A stretch of DNA of 39,791 nt from Gammaproteobacteria bacterium HGW-Gammaproteobacteria-14 (GCA_002840115.1 PGZG01000001.1:1-39791), one strand, 5' to 3'. Shown: positions 8,465 through 19,274, counted from the first letter of the stretch. Notes: a model not told the origin generated them from the letters alone. Program-made: numbers and translations.

Positions 8465-10273
8465 GTGATCGAACGCCTTCGTAACATCGCCATCATCGCC
8501 CACGTTGACCATGGCAAAACCACCCTCGTTGACCGTCTTTTGCAACAGTCCGGCACTCTTGGTGAGCGTGCGGGCAACGTCGAACGGGTCATGGACTCAA
8601 ACGATCAGGAGAAAGAGCGGGGCATCACAATTCTCGCCAAAAACACCGCATTGAAGTGGAATGACTACCGCATCAATATCGTCGACACCCCCGGACACGC
8701 CGACTTCGGTGGCGAAGTGGAGCGCGTATTGTCGATGGTTGACTCCGTACTATTGCTGGTCGACGCTCAGGATGGCCCGATGCCGCAAACCCGGTTCGTC
8801 ACCCAGAAAGCCTTCGAACAAGGCCTGAACCCCATTGTTGTGATCAACAAGGTTGATCGCCCCGGCGCTCGCCCGGACTGGGTGATGGACCAGATCTTTG
8901 ATCTGTTTGATCGCCTGGGCGCCACCGATGAGCAGCTCGACTTCCCGGTGGTTTATGCATCGGCCCTGAACGGCATTGCCGGTCTCGACGTGAACAATAT
9001 GGCGGATGATATGACGCCACTGTTTCAGGCCATTGTCGACAAGGTGCCATCGCCTCAGGTGGATCAGGAAGGCCCGCTGCAAATGCAGGTTTCGTCGCTG
9101 GATTACAACTCCTACGTTGGCATGATCGGCATTGGCCGCATCACCCGCGGCAAATTGAAAAGCAACTCTCCGGTAAAAGTCATCGATCGCCATGGCAAGG
9201 TGCGCAGCGGCCGTGTGCTGACCGTAATGGGCCACCATGGTCTGGAGCGTATCGAAGTACCGGAAGCTTCCGCGGGCGATATCGTCTGCATCACCGGTCT
9301 GGATCCGCTGGATATCTCCGACACCATTTGCGACCCGGCCAATGTCGAAGCCATGCCGCCGCTGAAGGTCGACGAGCCCACCGTCAGCATGTTCTTCCAC
9401 GTAAACACCTCACCGTTTGCGGGTCAGGACGGCAAGTACGTCACCAGCCGCAACATTCGTGATCGCCTGCAGGACGAGCTCAAGCACAACGTTGCCCTGC
9501 GTGTCGAAGATACCGATAGCCCGGACCGTTTCCGCGTATCCGGCCGTGGCGAACTGCATCTGTCGGTGCTGATCGAAACCATGCGCCGCGAAGGCTACGA
9601 GCTGGCTGTGGGTCGCCCGGAAGTTATCCTGAAAGAAATCGACGGTGTAAAGCAGGAGCCCTACGAGCAGTTGGTCCTTGATGTGGAAGAACAGCATCAG
9701 GGCCCGATCATGGAACAGATGGGCATGCGTCGCGGTGTAATGAGCAATATGACACCGGACGGTAAAGGTCGTGTGCGCCTTGAGTATGTGGCGCCGTCAC
9801 GTGGCCTGATCGGTTTCCGTTCATTGTTTATGACCCTGACCTCCGGTAGCGGTATTTTTAACGCCACCTTCTCCCATTACGGTGACTTCCGTCCTGGCAC
9901 CGTTGGTGAGCGCAATAACGGCGTACTGATTTCCAATGTCGCCGGTAAAGTGCTGGCCTACGCCCTGTTCAATCTGCAGGAACGTGGCCGTATGTTTATT
10001 GAGCCAAACGTGGAAGTGTATGAAGGCCAGCTGATCGGCATCCATAGCCGCGATAACGACCTCGTGGTCAACCCGACCAAGGCAAAACAGCTCACCAACA
10101 TCCGCGCCGCTGGCACCGATGAAAACATTCTGCTGACCCCGCCGATTCGCATGTCGCTGGAGCAAGCACTGGACTTCATCGATGACGACGAGTTGGTGGA
10201 AGTCACTCCGCATTACATCCGCCTGCGCAAGAAGCGCTTAACGGAATCAGAGCGTAAACGCGCCAGTCGCTGA
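8465..10273 (+). CDS. typA: Translational GTPase TypA/BipA
   Basis: [46 protein letters not shown]; GTG start 8465. Confidence 0.98.
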   Translation: MIERLRNIAIIAHVDHGKTTLVDRLLQQSGTLGERAGNVERVMDSNDQEKERGITILAKNTALKWNDYRINIVDTPGHADFGGEVERVLSMVDSVLLLVDAQDGPMPQTRFVTQKAFEQGLNPIVVINKVDRPGARPDWVMDQIFDLFDRLGATDEQLDFPVVYASALNGIAGLDVNNMADDMTPLFQAIVDKVPSPQVDQEGPLQMQVSSLDYNSYVGMIGIGRITRGKLKSNSPVKVIDRHGKVRSGRVLTVMGHHGLERIEVPEASAGDIVCITGLDPLDISDTICDPANVEAMPPLKVDEPTVSMFFHVNTSPFAGQDGKYVTSRNIRDRLQDELKHNVALRVEDTDSPDRFRVSGRGELHLSVLIETMRREGYELAVGRPEVILKEIDGVKQEPYEQLVLDVEEQHQGPIMEQMGMRRGVMSNMTPDGKGRVRLEYVAPSRGLIGFRSLFMTLTSGSGIFNATFSHYGDFRPGTVGERNNGVLISNVAGKVLAYALFNLQERGRMFIEPNVEVYEGQLIGIHSRDNDLVVNPTKAKQLTNIRAAGTDENILLTPPIRMSLEQALDFIDDDELVEVTPHYIRLRKKRLTESERKRASR

Positions 10274-10280
10274 TCGCTCA

Positions 10281-10312
10281 CGGAGCTTGCCGCAGCCCTG
10301 CGGCAAGCTCCG
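10281..10312. repeat. Perfect inverted repeat between typA and trmL
   Basis: CGGAGCTTGCCGCA-GCCC-TGCGGCAAGCTCCG, 14-bp stem, no U tract. Confidence 0.8.
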
Positions 10313-10329
10313 GCACCCGGGTGCCCCAG

Positions 10330-10794
10330 ATGATCCATATCGCCCTCTTTGAACCGGAAATCCCTCCCAATACAGGCAACATCATTCGCCTTTGCGCGAA
10401 CACTGGCTGCCGCCTGCATTTAATCGAGCCACTGGGTTTTTCTCTGGATGAAAAAAAACTGCGCCGTGCCGGGCTCGACTATCGAGAGTTCGCGGACGTT
10501 CGCTGCCACCCCAGCCTGAACAGCATGCTGACATCGATGCCGGGACAACGACTGATCGCACTGAGCAGCAAGGTTCAGCGCCGTTATGACGAGTTTGTGT
10601 TCAATACGGGGGATATTTTGCTGTTCGGGCCAGAGAGCCGAGGATTACCGAAAGAAGTGATGCAGCAGATTACCGAAGCAAACCAACTACGCATCCCGAT
10701 GATGACTGAAAGTCGCAGCCTGAATCTCAGTAATGCGGTTGCGGTAGTTACCTATGAAGCCCTGCGACAGCAGGGCTTCATAGGCATGCAGTAA
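10330..10794 (+). CDS. trmL: tRNA (cytidine/uridine 34)-2'-O-methyltransferase
   Basis: EPEIPPNTGNIIRLCAN, LRRAGLDY, FGPESRGLP, RSLNLSNAV (SPOUT). Confidence 0.96.
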   Translation: MIHIALFEPEIPPNTGNIIRLCANTGCRLHLIEPLGFSLDEKKLRRAGLDYREFADVRCHPSLNSMLTSMPGQRLIALSSKVQRRYDEFVFNTGDILLFGPESRGLPKEVMQQITEANQLRIPMMTESRSLNLSNAVAVVTYEALRQQGFIGMQ

Positions 10795-10800
10795 TCAAGC

Positions 10801-11268
10801 TTAGTGCGCTGTCTGATCCGCCTGTTCAACCTGCTCGGCGCGCTTTGCCTTGGCCTGCTGGAACAGCGCATCGAAATTAATCGGCTGGAGCTGAAAGGCA
10901 GGGAAAGAGCCATGATTAATGGTTGAGGCAACCACTTCCCGCAGGTAGGGAAACAGAATGCTCGGGCAGTAAGCCCCCAGCAGTTGCTCCAACTCCTGCT
11001 CACCAGCGCCACTAATGGTAAAAATACCGGCCTGTTTGATTTCCACCAGATAGATAGTTTTGCCTTCCTGCTCCGCCGTCAGGGTAACCGCAACTTCAAC
11101 TTCATAATCATTGCCCTCGCCGATACGGCGGGCACTGTTATTCAACTGCATATTCGCAGTGGGGCTCCATTTACCGGAAAACACTTCCGGCGCTCCCGGC
11201 GATTCAAATGACAGGTCTTTCACATAAATCCGTTGAATCTGGAATACTCGCTGGGCCTGCTCAGTCAT
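10801..11268 (-). CDS. secB: Protein export chaperone SecB
   Basis: IQRIYVKDLSFESP, CPSILFPYLRE, LQPINFDALF. Confidence 0.97.
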   Translation of the reverse strand: MTEQAQRVFQIQRIYVKDLSFESPGAPEVFSGKWSPTANMQLNNSARRIGEGNDYEVEVAVTLTAEQEGKTIYLVEIKQAGIFTISGAGEQELEQLLGAYCPSILFPYLREVVASTINHGSFPAFQLQPINFDALFQQAKAKRAEQVEQADQTAH

Positions 11269-11340
11269 AACATTTCTCCATCAAAAATTAGTGCGGTGAA
11301 AATTTTCACACCGGCGGGAAAATCCTTACAGCAGCAGCCG

Positions 11341-11595
11341 TCAACCCGCCAGCAACCGATCAAGCTGCCCCTGGCGCTCCAGCGCAAACAGCTCATCGCA
11401 ACCACCGACGTGGGTTTCGCCCACCCAGATTTGCGGTACGGTACGGCGGCCACTGCGCTCAATCATCTGTTGCCGTAGGGCGCCATCAGCACTGATATCA
11501 ATATCCGTTACCTGCGCCTGCTTACTCCCCAGTAAATGTTTGGCTCGAACACAGAAAGGACACCATGGGGTGCTATATATCAAAACCTCTGCCAT
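11341..11595 (-). CDS. grxC: Glutaredoxin 3
   Basis: CPFC, RRTVPQI, GGCDEL; conserved position before secB. Confidence 0.95.
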   Translation of the reverse strand: MAEVLIYSTPWCPFCVRAKHLLGSKQAQVTDIDISADGALRQQMIERSGRRTVPQIWVGETHVGGCDELFALERQGQLDRLLAG

Positions 11596-12011
11596 TAGCC
11601 TTTGACCACCGGCAGGTTATCGGCGCGCCATCCCTGAATACCGCCCTGAATACGGAAAATCTTCTCAAAGCCACTGCCACGCAGCTGGCGGCCCGCCGCA
11701 GATGCCTGATGACCAATCTTGCAAATCAGCACCACGGGTTTGTCCTTGAACCGATCCAGCTCAGTCAGCCTCTCCGCTAACTGAGAAAACGGAATATTAA
11801 TACTGCCGGCAATATGACCCTGGCGGAATTCGTCCGCATCACGCACGTCCACCACCTTGGCGTCTTCACGGTTGACCATATTGGTGGCCTGCTGCGGAGA
11901 CACCGTCTGTCCCCCTCGACGGGCTTCCATGGAAAAAAACACCGCCCACAACACAAAGAAGGCAGATACCAGCACATAGTGGTTAATCACAAACTCAAAC
12001 AGACGATCCAT
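11595..12011 (-). CDS. Membrane-anchored rhodanese-like protein (YibN-like)
   Basis: N-terminal TM, VVDVRDADEFRQGHIAGSINIP, GGIQGW; ATG 12011. Confidence 0.92.
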   Translation of the reverse strand: MDRLFEFVINHYVLVSAFFVLWAVFFSMEARRGGQTVSPQQATNMVNREDAKVVDVRDADEFRQGHIAGSINIPFSQLAERLTELDRFKDKPVVLICKIGHQASAAGRQLRGSGFEKIFRIQGGIQGWRADNLPVVKG

Positions 12012-12161
12012 TTCACTATCCAGCAATCGGGAAATCGGCGCAGAGTATACCAAGCTGCTCCGGAATAGCTAAGGAGCGCGACAACCGAACGGATGGCCTA
12101 ACTGAGCGGGTAGTCGGCAACAGGGCTTCCCTCTCCGCCTCCCATGGGGTAAAACGCCGAC

Positions 12162-13319
12162 ATGAGAATGTTTCTTGTCCTGCTACTGCTATCCAGTCCC
12201 GCCCTTGCCACCGCGCCAACCCCGGCGCAGCTGGCAGAGCTGCGCGCCAACATCAGCGAGCTGGAACAGGCACTACGCTCGGATACCGGTGAGCGGGACG
12301 GGGCGCAAGCGGCGTTGCGGGAAGTAGAGCTGAAGCTCTCCCGGCTCAACCGGGAGCAACGGTCACTTGAACAGCGACGCCGCGACGCCGCCGCGGAGCT
12401 GGAACGCCTGGAAGTTCGCCAGCGTCGCATGGCGGCGGAGCGCGGGGTACAACTGGATTGGGTGGCGAAAACCATCCGGGCGGACTATATCAACGGTCGT
12501 CAGGAGCTGGTGCGATTACTCCTGAATCAGCAGGAACCTGACCGGGTAGCACGCATGCTGCGCTATCAGGAATACTTCCAGCGTGCCCGTTACGAGCGAG
12601 TCACCACCATCAATCGCGACCTTGAAGAGCTACTTCTGGTCGTGCTGGAAACCGAAGCCGCACGCGAAAGCCTTGAGCAGCGACGCGCTGAAATTCTCGT
12701 CCAGCAACAGGCTCTGGACAGCGCCCGACGTGAACGCAGCGAGACGCTGGCGACGATCAACCAACGCATAGGTAGCACAGAGCAGCGCCTCGCCCGAATG
12801 CGTCAGGATGCCGCCCGACTGGACACCCTGCTCAATGATATGGGGCGGACCCTGAGCGATATCCCGGCACGCCCCTCCGGCGAGCCTTTCGGCAAGCTCG
12901 CCAACAAGCTGCCCTGGCCTGTGCCACGGCGAATCACAGCACGGTTTGGTAGCCCCCGCGAAGGCTCCGTGCGCTGGAATGGCGTCTTGCTTGATGCCGC
13001 CGCCGGTACGCCGGTACGCGCCATTCATCCCGGCCGCGTGGTGTTTGCCAATTGGCTGCGCGGTTACGGCATGCTCATCATCGTCGACCATGGTGACAGC
13101 TTTTTATCTCTCTACGGACACAACCAGTCGCTGCTGCGGGAAGTGGGCGAATGGGTCAGCACCGGCGACGTACTAGCACAGGTGGGAGACTCCGGAGGCT
13201 TCCAGCAAAACGGTCTGTACTTCGAAATCCGCCGTGCCGGCGTGCCAGTGAACCCAGACCAATGGTGTAATAGCCGTGTTACACTGCCGCCTATAGCCAG
13301 CCGCCCCATCCGCCAATAA
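12162..13319 (+). CDS. envC: Murein hydrolase activator EnvC family (coiled coil plus degenerate M23)
   Basis: Signal peptide, long coiled coil, LPWPV, IIVDHGDSFLSLYGHN, LYFEIR. Confidence 0.9.
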   Translation: MRMFLVLLLLSSPALATAPTPAQLAELRANISELEQALRSDTGERDGAQAALREVELKLSRLNREQRSLEQRRRDAAAELERLEVRQRRMAAERGVQLDWVAKTIRADYINGRQELVRLLLNQQEPDRVARMLRYQEYFQRARYERVTTINRDLEELLLVVLETEAARESLEQRRAEILVQQQALDSARRERSETLATINQRIGSTEQRLARMRQDAARLDTLLNDMGRTLSDIPARPSGEPFGKLANKLPWPVPRRITARFGSPREGSVRWNGVLLDAAAGTPVRAIHPGRVVFANWLRGYGMLIIVDHGDSFLSLYGHNQSLLREVGEWVSTGDVLAQVGDSGGFQQNGLYFEIRRAGVPVNPDQWCNSRVTLPPIASRPIRQ

Positions 13320-13341
13320 AACAAAACGGGACACCTCGCTG

Positions 13342-14625
13342 ATGATCCGACCCATCGCTGCCTTTTCATTAAGCCTACTGCTACTCAGCAGCTGCCCTGT
13401 TCAGGCGGATCCCGCACTGGATACACAGGCTCGCAGCCAGGGAGTACCGATCACCGAGCTACGGGTGTTTGCCGAGGTGATGGAGCGCATCCGAGGTGCT
13501 TATATTGAGGACATCGATGATCGGGATCTGCTTGAGTCCGCTATTCGCGGCATGCTTTACGAACTGGACCCACACTCCAGCTATCTGACACCGAATGAAT
13601 TTGACGACCTGCAAGTCAGCACCACCGGAGAGTTCGGAGGTCTTGGCATTGAGGTCACGATGGAAAATGGCTTCATTAAGGTTGTTACTCCTCTGGACGA
13701 CACTCCCGCCAGCCGCGCAGGGCTGCGCGCTGGCGACCTGATTCTGAAAATTGACGACACCTTCCTGAAAGGCCTGACTCTGGAAGAAGGTATCAAATTG
13801 CTACGCGGCGAAGTCAACTCCAAGGTCACACTGTCGATCCTGTCCAGCGGTGCGGACAAGCCGCGCACCGTATCACTAACCCGCGACCGGATTCGCATTC
13901 AGAGCGTACGCACTGAGATGCTGGAGCCCGGGTTTGCTTACATACGCATCACCCAGTTTCAGAGTCAGACCGGTCGTGATACCGAAAAAGCCCTGCGTAA
14001 GCTAATGGCTACAGAAACACTCAAAGGCGTGGTGCTGGATTTACGCAATAATCCCGGCGGCGTACTTAATGGCGCCGTACAAATATCTGACCTGTTTCTG
14101 GACAAGGGCCTGATTGTTTACACCCAAGGCCGAGATGAAACCACCCGCGTCAACTACACCGCCACCAGCGGTGATATTCTCAATGGCCAACCTCTGGTAG
14201 TGCTGGTCAATGGTGGCTCCGCATCAGCATCGGAGATTGTTGCCGGCGCACTGCAGGATCACCGGCGCGCTATCGTGGTGGGCCAACAGTCATTCGGCAA
14301 AGGCTCCGTGCAAACCATTCTGCCGCTTCATGGTGATCGCGCCCTGAAACTGACAACCGCTCTGTATTACACACCCGATGGCCGCTCTATTCAGGCGGAA
14401 GGCATTATTCCGGATATCAGCACCGACATTGCCAAAGTCGAGCTGATGGAGGCGATGCCGCGAGTGCGGGAAGCAGATCTGCGCGGGCACCTTAACAATC
14501 AGTCCACAAATGGCGACAAAACCACCAGCGAAGAGCAGTCACTCGCGGTGCGAGACTTTACGCTGTACCAAGGGCTGTCCGTGCTGAAAGGCATATCCTT
14601 GTCGAAGTCAGACACCGGTCGCTAA
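13342..14625 (+). CDS. ctpA: S41 carboxy-terminal processing protease
   Basis: LDPHSSYL, GGLGIEV (PDZ), DLRNNPGG, SASASEIVAGALQD, SFGKGSVQ. Confidence 0.93.
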   Translation: MIRPIAAFSLSLLLLSSCPVQADPALDTQARSQGVPITELRVFAEVMERIRGAYIEDIDDRDLLESAIRGMLYELDPHSSYLTPNEFDDLQVSTTGEFGGLGIEVTMENGFIKVVTPLDDTPASRAGLRAGDLILKIDDTFLKGLTLEEGIKLLRGEVNSKVTLSILSSGADKPRTVSLTRDRIRIQSVRTEMLEPGFAYIRITQFQSQTGRDTEKALRKLMATETLKGVVLDLRNNPGGVLNGAVQISDLFLDKGLIVYTQGRDETTRVNYTATSGDILNGQPLVVLVNGGSASASEIVAGALQDHRRAIVVGQQSFGKGSVQTILPLHGDRALKLTTALYYTPDGRSIQAEGIIPDISTDIAKVELMEAMPRVREADLRGHLNNQSTNGDKTTSEEQSLAVRDFTLYQGLSVLKGISLSKSDTGR

Positions 14626-14629
14626 CGAG

Positions 14630-15400
14630 ATGCGATTGCTTCGCTGCCTGCTGCGGTTAGGGCTATTGCTGTTGGCAGCCCCGGCTTTTGCGCAGCCAAA
14701 GATCGCCATTATTATTGATGACCTTGGTTACAACCGCACCCGTGGCGAGGCAATTATCAACCTCCCCGGCGCAGTCACCTGCGCAGTCATTCCACAAACG
14801 CCTCATGCACCGCATCTTGCTCGCAAAGCCAGAGAGATGGGCAAGGAAGTTATTCTTCATATGCCCATGGAAACAGAAGGCTACGATAAGCTGGACGAAG
14901 GAGGACTGCGTGACGATATGCCTCAGGAAGAATTTCTTCGCACTGTCAATGCAGCCATTCAGCGCATTCCCGAAGCCACCGGCCTGAACAACCACATGGG
15001 CGGCGTACTAACCGCAAACGAAACCGCCATGACCTGGCTTATGGACGCACTGGTAGAGCACCAACTGTTCTTTGTGGATAGCCGAACCACCGCTCAATCC
15101 GTGGCCCGCAAGGTCGCCCAACGCCAAGGTTTAGCCCACGCCGGGCGGGACATTTTCCTCGACAATGAACGCGACATGGAAAGCATGAATGAGCAGTTCA
15201 ATCGTGCGTTAGCAATTGCCCGCCGACGAGGGCATGCAATTATTATCGGCCACCCCTACCCGGAAACCATCGAGTATTTGCAAAATGTCCTGCCATTACT
15301 GGCGATGGCGGGCATAGAGCTGGTGCCCGTATCCCAGCTATTAAATCGCCGCCAGGTTGCGCGTGTGAAAGACCCCGAACAGGGCGTCCCCGCTCTTTAG
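14630..15400 (+). CDS. Divergent polysaccharide deacetylase (YibQ-like)
   Basis: IAIIIDDLG, LHMPME, GLNNHMG, FVDSRT, DIFLDN, IGHPYPET. Confidence 0.93.
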   Translation: MRLLRCLLRLGLLLLAAPAFAQPKIAIIIDDLGYNRTRGEAIINLPGAVTCAVIPQTPHAPHLARKAREMGKEVILHMPMETEGYDKLDEGGLRDDMPQEEFLRTVNAAIQRIPEATGLNNHMGGVLTANETAMTWLMDALVEHQLFFVDSRTTAQSVARKVAQRQGLAHAGRDIFLDNERDMESMNEQFNRALAIARRRGHAIIIGHPYPETIEYLQNVLPLLAMAGIELVPVSQLLNRRQVARVKDPEQGVPAL

Positions 15401-15427
15401 CCGACAACTCTTAATCTGAATTGTTTA

Positions 15428-16567
15428 TTAGTCTGCCGCCCACTGCTTTGCTGCCCGTGGCGGCAACGCATAGCGGAACACCTTGCGCCATACCGTGAAA
15501 AGCTGCCATGCCAATCCGTTACTGTTATAGCGAATACCATACTCTTCGCATATCGGCTTCACCTCTCTGGCCACCGCCGCATAGCGGTTACTCGGCATCC
15601 GGGGAAAGATATGGTGCTCAATCTGGTGACTTAGATTGCCGCTCATAAAGTGCATCCACTTGCCACCTTCGATATTTGCCGAGCCGAGGATCTGACGCAC
15701 ATACCAGCGCGCCTTATCTTCACTTTCCACATCCTCAGGAGTGAACTCCTCCACTCCATCCGGGAAGTGTCCGCAGAAGATCACCGCGTAAGCCCACAGG
15801 TTGCGAATCAAATTCGCCGCAATATTGGCGAGTAGCACAGATAGAAAATACGGCCCCGCCAGCAATGGGAAAAGGATGTAGTCTTTGCCAACTTGGCGGG
15901 CAATTTTTTTAAGGAGTTTTTTAACCTTTGGCATCACCTCTTTAAGGCTCTTTTCTCCGCTACGGACGCCACCCATTTCATCGTCATGAATGGCCACTCC
16001 CCACTCAAAGAAAATGGCCATCAGCATATTCGAGACGGGCTGAAACAGATACACCGGCTTCCACGGTTGTCGATCACTCATTCGCAGCACGTGATAGCCA
16101 TAGTCACGGTCCATGCCGATAACATTGGTCCATTTGTGGTGAATATAATTATGGGATCGCTGCCACTGCTTCGACGGGCAAACCCCGTCCCACTCCCATT
16201 TGGAAGAATGGATTTTCGGATCCTTGAGCCAATCCCACTGACCATGAAGAACGTTATGGCCAATCTCCATGTTCTCGATGATTTTCGCGATACCTAAAAT
16301 AACAGCGCCAACAAAAAACAGGGGCATGTAAAGAATACCGAGGAAAATCACCACTCGGCCGAGAGCCTCAAGGCAGCGCTGCGCAAAAATAACCCGGCGA
16401 ATATATCGCTCATCCGCAGGCCCACGGCTGTCCATCACACGCTTGCCAATAGCGTCCAGCTTTGCCGAGAACTCTTGCAGCCGGGCCTCATCAAGATGTT
16501 TTAGCGCAGCAATTCTTGGCCGCACCATATCCGCGGATTCCGTCATATTTCCAATGGTCTGGCTCAC
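15428..16567 (-). CDS. Membrane fatty acid (acyl-CoA) desaturase, DesA3/DesB-like
   Basis: His boxes ENMEIGHNVLHGQWDW, HNYIHH, HQIEHHIFP; exact start uncertain. Confidence 0.92.
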   Translation of the reverse strand: MSQTIGNMTESADMVRPRIAALKHLDEARLQEFSAKLDAIGKRVMDSRGPADERYIRRVIFAQRCLEALGRVVIFLGILYMPLFFVGAVILGIAKIIENMEIGHNVLHGQWDWLKDPKIHSSKWEWDGVCPSKQWQRSHNYIHHKWTNVIGMDRDYGYHVLRMSDRQPWKPVYLFQPVSNMLMAIFFEWGVAIHDDEMGGVRSGEKSLKEVMPKVKKLLKKIARQVGKDYILFPLLAGPYFLSVLLANIAANLIRNLWAYAVIFCGHFPDGVEEFTPEDVESEDKARWYVRQILGSANIEGGKWMHFMSGNLSHQIEHHIFPRMPSNRYAAVAREVKPICEEYGIRYNSNGLAWQLFTVWRKVFRYALPPRAAKQWAAD

Positions 16568-16675
16568 ACATCACCCCTTGTTTTTCTTATTGACCTGCAA
16601 ATGCCAAGCGAGCAACGAAGAGTATCGAAGGAGGTAAGAAAGTGAATAAGGCAAATTGCCGAGCTAGCGGGCTAG

Positions 16676-16937
16676 GGCACCTCTGAATAACTCCTTAGGG
16701 TCTCTGGCGTTCAGGCTGGTTCGCAATCAAGGCGTGGTTTTGAAGGCATGCGTCCGTCTGTCGAAAAACCATAACGCAGAGTGCGGGCCAACCCGAACGC
16801 CCCGAAGGGCGAGGCCTGAAGCGCACATCTGCCGCGTTGTATTGCTTGAAAAGGGAACCACCATTTTCTGCGCAACACGCCTTGCAGCTGCACGCTTCAG
16901 TCCCCGCAGAGACCCTAAGGAGTTATTCAGAGGTGCC
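16676..16937. mobile_element. MITE-like non-autonomous element, 262 bp, copy 1
   Basis: Perfect 31-bp terminal inverted repeats GGCACCTCTGAATAACTCCTTAGGGTCTCTG; flanks CTAG and CTGG; second copy at 39693. Confidence 0.85.
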
Positions 16938-16974
16938 CTGGCAAAGAAAAATGGGCGCCAGAGACGCTAACTGA

Positions 16975-17010
16975 TAAAAAAATGGCGGGTTTTAACAAAC
17001 AGAATCCCGC
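16975..17010 (-). terminator. Possible terminator of hisBHAF
   Basis: Minus strand GCGGG...CCCGC followed by CATTTTTTT just after the hisF stop; large loop. Confidence 0.45.
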
Positions 17011-17037
17011 ATCCTCGGCGCATGCGGGAGCCAGCCA

Positions 17038-17811
17038 TTACAAGCGCATTTCTATGCCTGCAGCAACCATATACTCCTTGGCCTCGCGGATAGTGAACTC
17101 GGCAAAGTGGAAAATGGATGCCGCCAGTACCGCATCGGCACCGCCCTGCAACACACCATTGACCAAATGCTGCAAGGTACCAACGCCACCGGAGGCAATG
17201 ACTGGCACGGAAACCGCATCAGAAATTGCCCGCGTCACCGCAATATCAAAACCGTCTTTGGTACCGTCTTTATCCATGCTGGTCAGCAGGATTTCACCGG
17301 CGCCATTTTCGGTCATGCGTCGCGCCCACTGCACCGCATCCAGGCCTGTGGCTTTACGGCCGCCATGGGTGAAAATCTCCCAGCGATTAGGCTCACTTTC
17401 GGCGCTGACTTTTTTCGCATCAATGGCAACAACAATACATTGGGAGCCGAAACGGTCCGCTGCTTCACGAACAAAATCCGGATCATGCACTGCGGCGGAA
17501 TTGATACTGACCTTGTCAGCACCTGCATTCAGCAAGTTACGAATATCCTGTAGCGTTCTGACGCCACCGCCTACGGTTAAAGGAATAAACACCTGTGATG
17601 CCATACGCTCCACAGTATGCAACGTTGTATCCCGGCCCTCATGGCTGGCCGTAATATCCAGAAAGGTGATTTCGTCGGCACCCTCTTCGTTATAACGACG
17701 AGCCACTTCCACTGGATCACCGGCATCGCGAATGCTTTCGAATTTAACACCCTTTACGACACGACCTTTGTCGACATCAAGACAAGGAATAATACGTTTT
17801 GCTAATGGCAT
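17038..17811 (-). CDS. hisF: Imidazole glycerol phosphate synthase cyclase subunit
   Basis: [45 protein letters not shown]. Confidence 0.98.
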   Translation of the reverse strand: MPLAKRIIPCLDVDKGRVVKGVKFESIRDAGDPVEVARRYNEEGADEITFLDITASHEGRDTTLHTVERMASQVFIPLTVGGGVRTLQDIRNLLNAGADKVSINSAAVHDPDFVREAADRFGSQCIVVAIDAKKVSAESEPNRWEIFTHGGRKATGLDAVQWARRMTENGAGEILLTSMDKDGTKDGFDIAVTRAISDAVSVPVIASGGVGTLQHLVNGVLQGGADAVLAASIFHFAEFTIREAKEYMVAAGIEMRL

Positions 17812-17842
17812 ACAGTGCACCCGCCCATGGGACTATTAACGT

Positions 17843-18583
17843 CTAACGCCCGGTTAGCTGATCAGAAAGTTGCTGACCTGCCTCAAAATCCAGCGTGCCT
17901 TCATAAATAGCCCGCCCGGTAATCGCGCCCTCAATGCCTTCCGCAGCAACGGCACACAGCTGCCGCACATCCTCAAGATCGGTAATACCACCGGAGGCGA
18001 TTACCGGAATAGAAACAGCATTTGCCAGCGCCACCGTAGCTTCCACATTGACACCCTGCAGCATGCCATCACGGCTGATGTCAGTATAAACAATGGAGGA
18101 AACGCCATCGTTCTCGAAGCGTTTGGCAAGGTCGACAACATGAATATCGGTAACATTCGCCCAACCGTCGGTGGCCACCATGCCATCTTTCGCATCAAGA
18201 CCGACAATAATGTGGCCAGGAAACCGGCGGCACATATCAGCAACAAACTCCGGCTCACGAACCGCTTTGGTGCCGATAATCAACCATTGCACGCCAGCAT
18301 CCAGATAAGCCTGAATAATTTCCGGCGAGCGAATACCGCCACCAATCTGAATCGGCAAATCAGGAAATTCAGACGCAATGGCTTTAACAATAGCGCCGTT
18401 CACCGGCTCGCCGGCAAAGGCGCCGTTAAGATCAACCAGATGCAGACGACGGGCGCCCCGCTCAACCCAATGGCGGGCCACCGCCACAGGATCATCGGAA
18501 AATACCGTATCGTCCTCCATGCGACCCTGGCGCAGCCGAACACATTGGCCGTCTTTCAGATCGATGGCGGGAATCAATAACAT
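17843..18583 (-). CDS. hisA: ProFAR isomerase
   Basis: [39 protein letters not shown]. Confidence 0.98.
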   Translation of the reverse strand: MLLIPAIDLKDGQCVRLRQGRMEDDTVFSDDPVAVARHWVERGARRLHLVDLNGAFAGEPVNGAIVKAIASEFPDLPIQIGGGIRSPEIIQAYLDAGVQWLIIGTKAVREPEFVADMCRRFPGHIIVGLDAKDGMVATDGWANVTDIHVVDLAKRFENDGVSSIVYTDISRDGMLQGVNVEATVALANAVSIPVIASGGITDLEDVRQLCAVAAEGIEGAITGRAIYEGTLDFEAGQQLSDQLTGR

Positions 18584-18630
18584 GGGAAGCCTCAAACGTA
18601 GAATATTAGTGACGCACTATAGGGCCAGCG

Positions 18631-19272
18631 TTATGGCGCCCAGCGGAGAAAGTTTTCCAACAGGGTTAAACCATGGGGCGCGCTTTTTTCCGGGTGGAAT
18701 TGAACGGCAAATACATTGCCCCGGCAAACCGCTGCAGGAAACTCCAGACCATACAAGCAACCACCGGCAATCTGATTGTCCGGTATTTCACTAATGTGAT
18801 AGCTATGCACAAAATAGAAACGGGCGAAATCAGGAATGCCTGCCCACATCGGATGCGCCTGGCGTTGCATTAGCTGGTTCCAGCCCATATGAGGCACCTT
18901 CAGGCGATCACCGAACTCGGATTTTCGCTCTCCGAAATGAACCACCTTCCCGGGGAAAATACCCAGACATTCAATGCCGTTATTTTCTTCGCTATGGCTC
19001 ATTAACGCCTGCATGCCAACGCAAATACCCAGCAGCGGCGTACCGCGCTGGGCCACTTCACGGACCGCCTGATCCAGACCACGTTCGGCCAGCTCTCGCA
19101 TACAGTCACGAATAGCCCCTACGCCGGGAAACACAACCCGGTCGGCACTAACCACCTGAGCCGGATCCGACGTCACCAGAATGCGCTGGCCATCGGTCAC
19201 TTTCTCCAGCGCCTTGGCGACGGAGTGCAAATTGCCCATGCCATAATCAAGTACGGCAACGGTTTCTGTCAT
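18631..19272 (-). CDS. hisH: IGP synthase glutamine amidotransferase
   Basis: [30 protein letters not shown]. Confidence 0.98.
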   Translation of the reverse strand: MTETVAVLDYGMGNLHSVAKALEKVTDGQRILVTSDPAQVVSADRVVFPGVGAIRDCMRELAERGLDQAVREVAQRGTPLLGICVGMQALMSHSEENNGIECLGIFPGKVVHFGERKSEFGDRLKVPHMGWNQLMQRQAHPMWAGIPDFARFYFVHSYHISEIPDNQIAGGCLYGLEFPAAVCRGNVFAVQFHPEKSAPHGLTLLENFLRWAP

Positions 19273-19274
19273 GA

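Noticed and set aside
16711-16970. Small ORFs within the MITE, and likewise 28902-29252 over the palindromic element
   Set aside because: No transposase motifs or RBS; explained by GC-rich palindromic sequence
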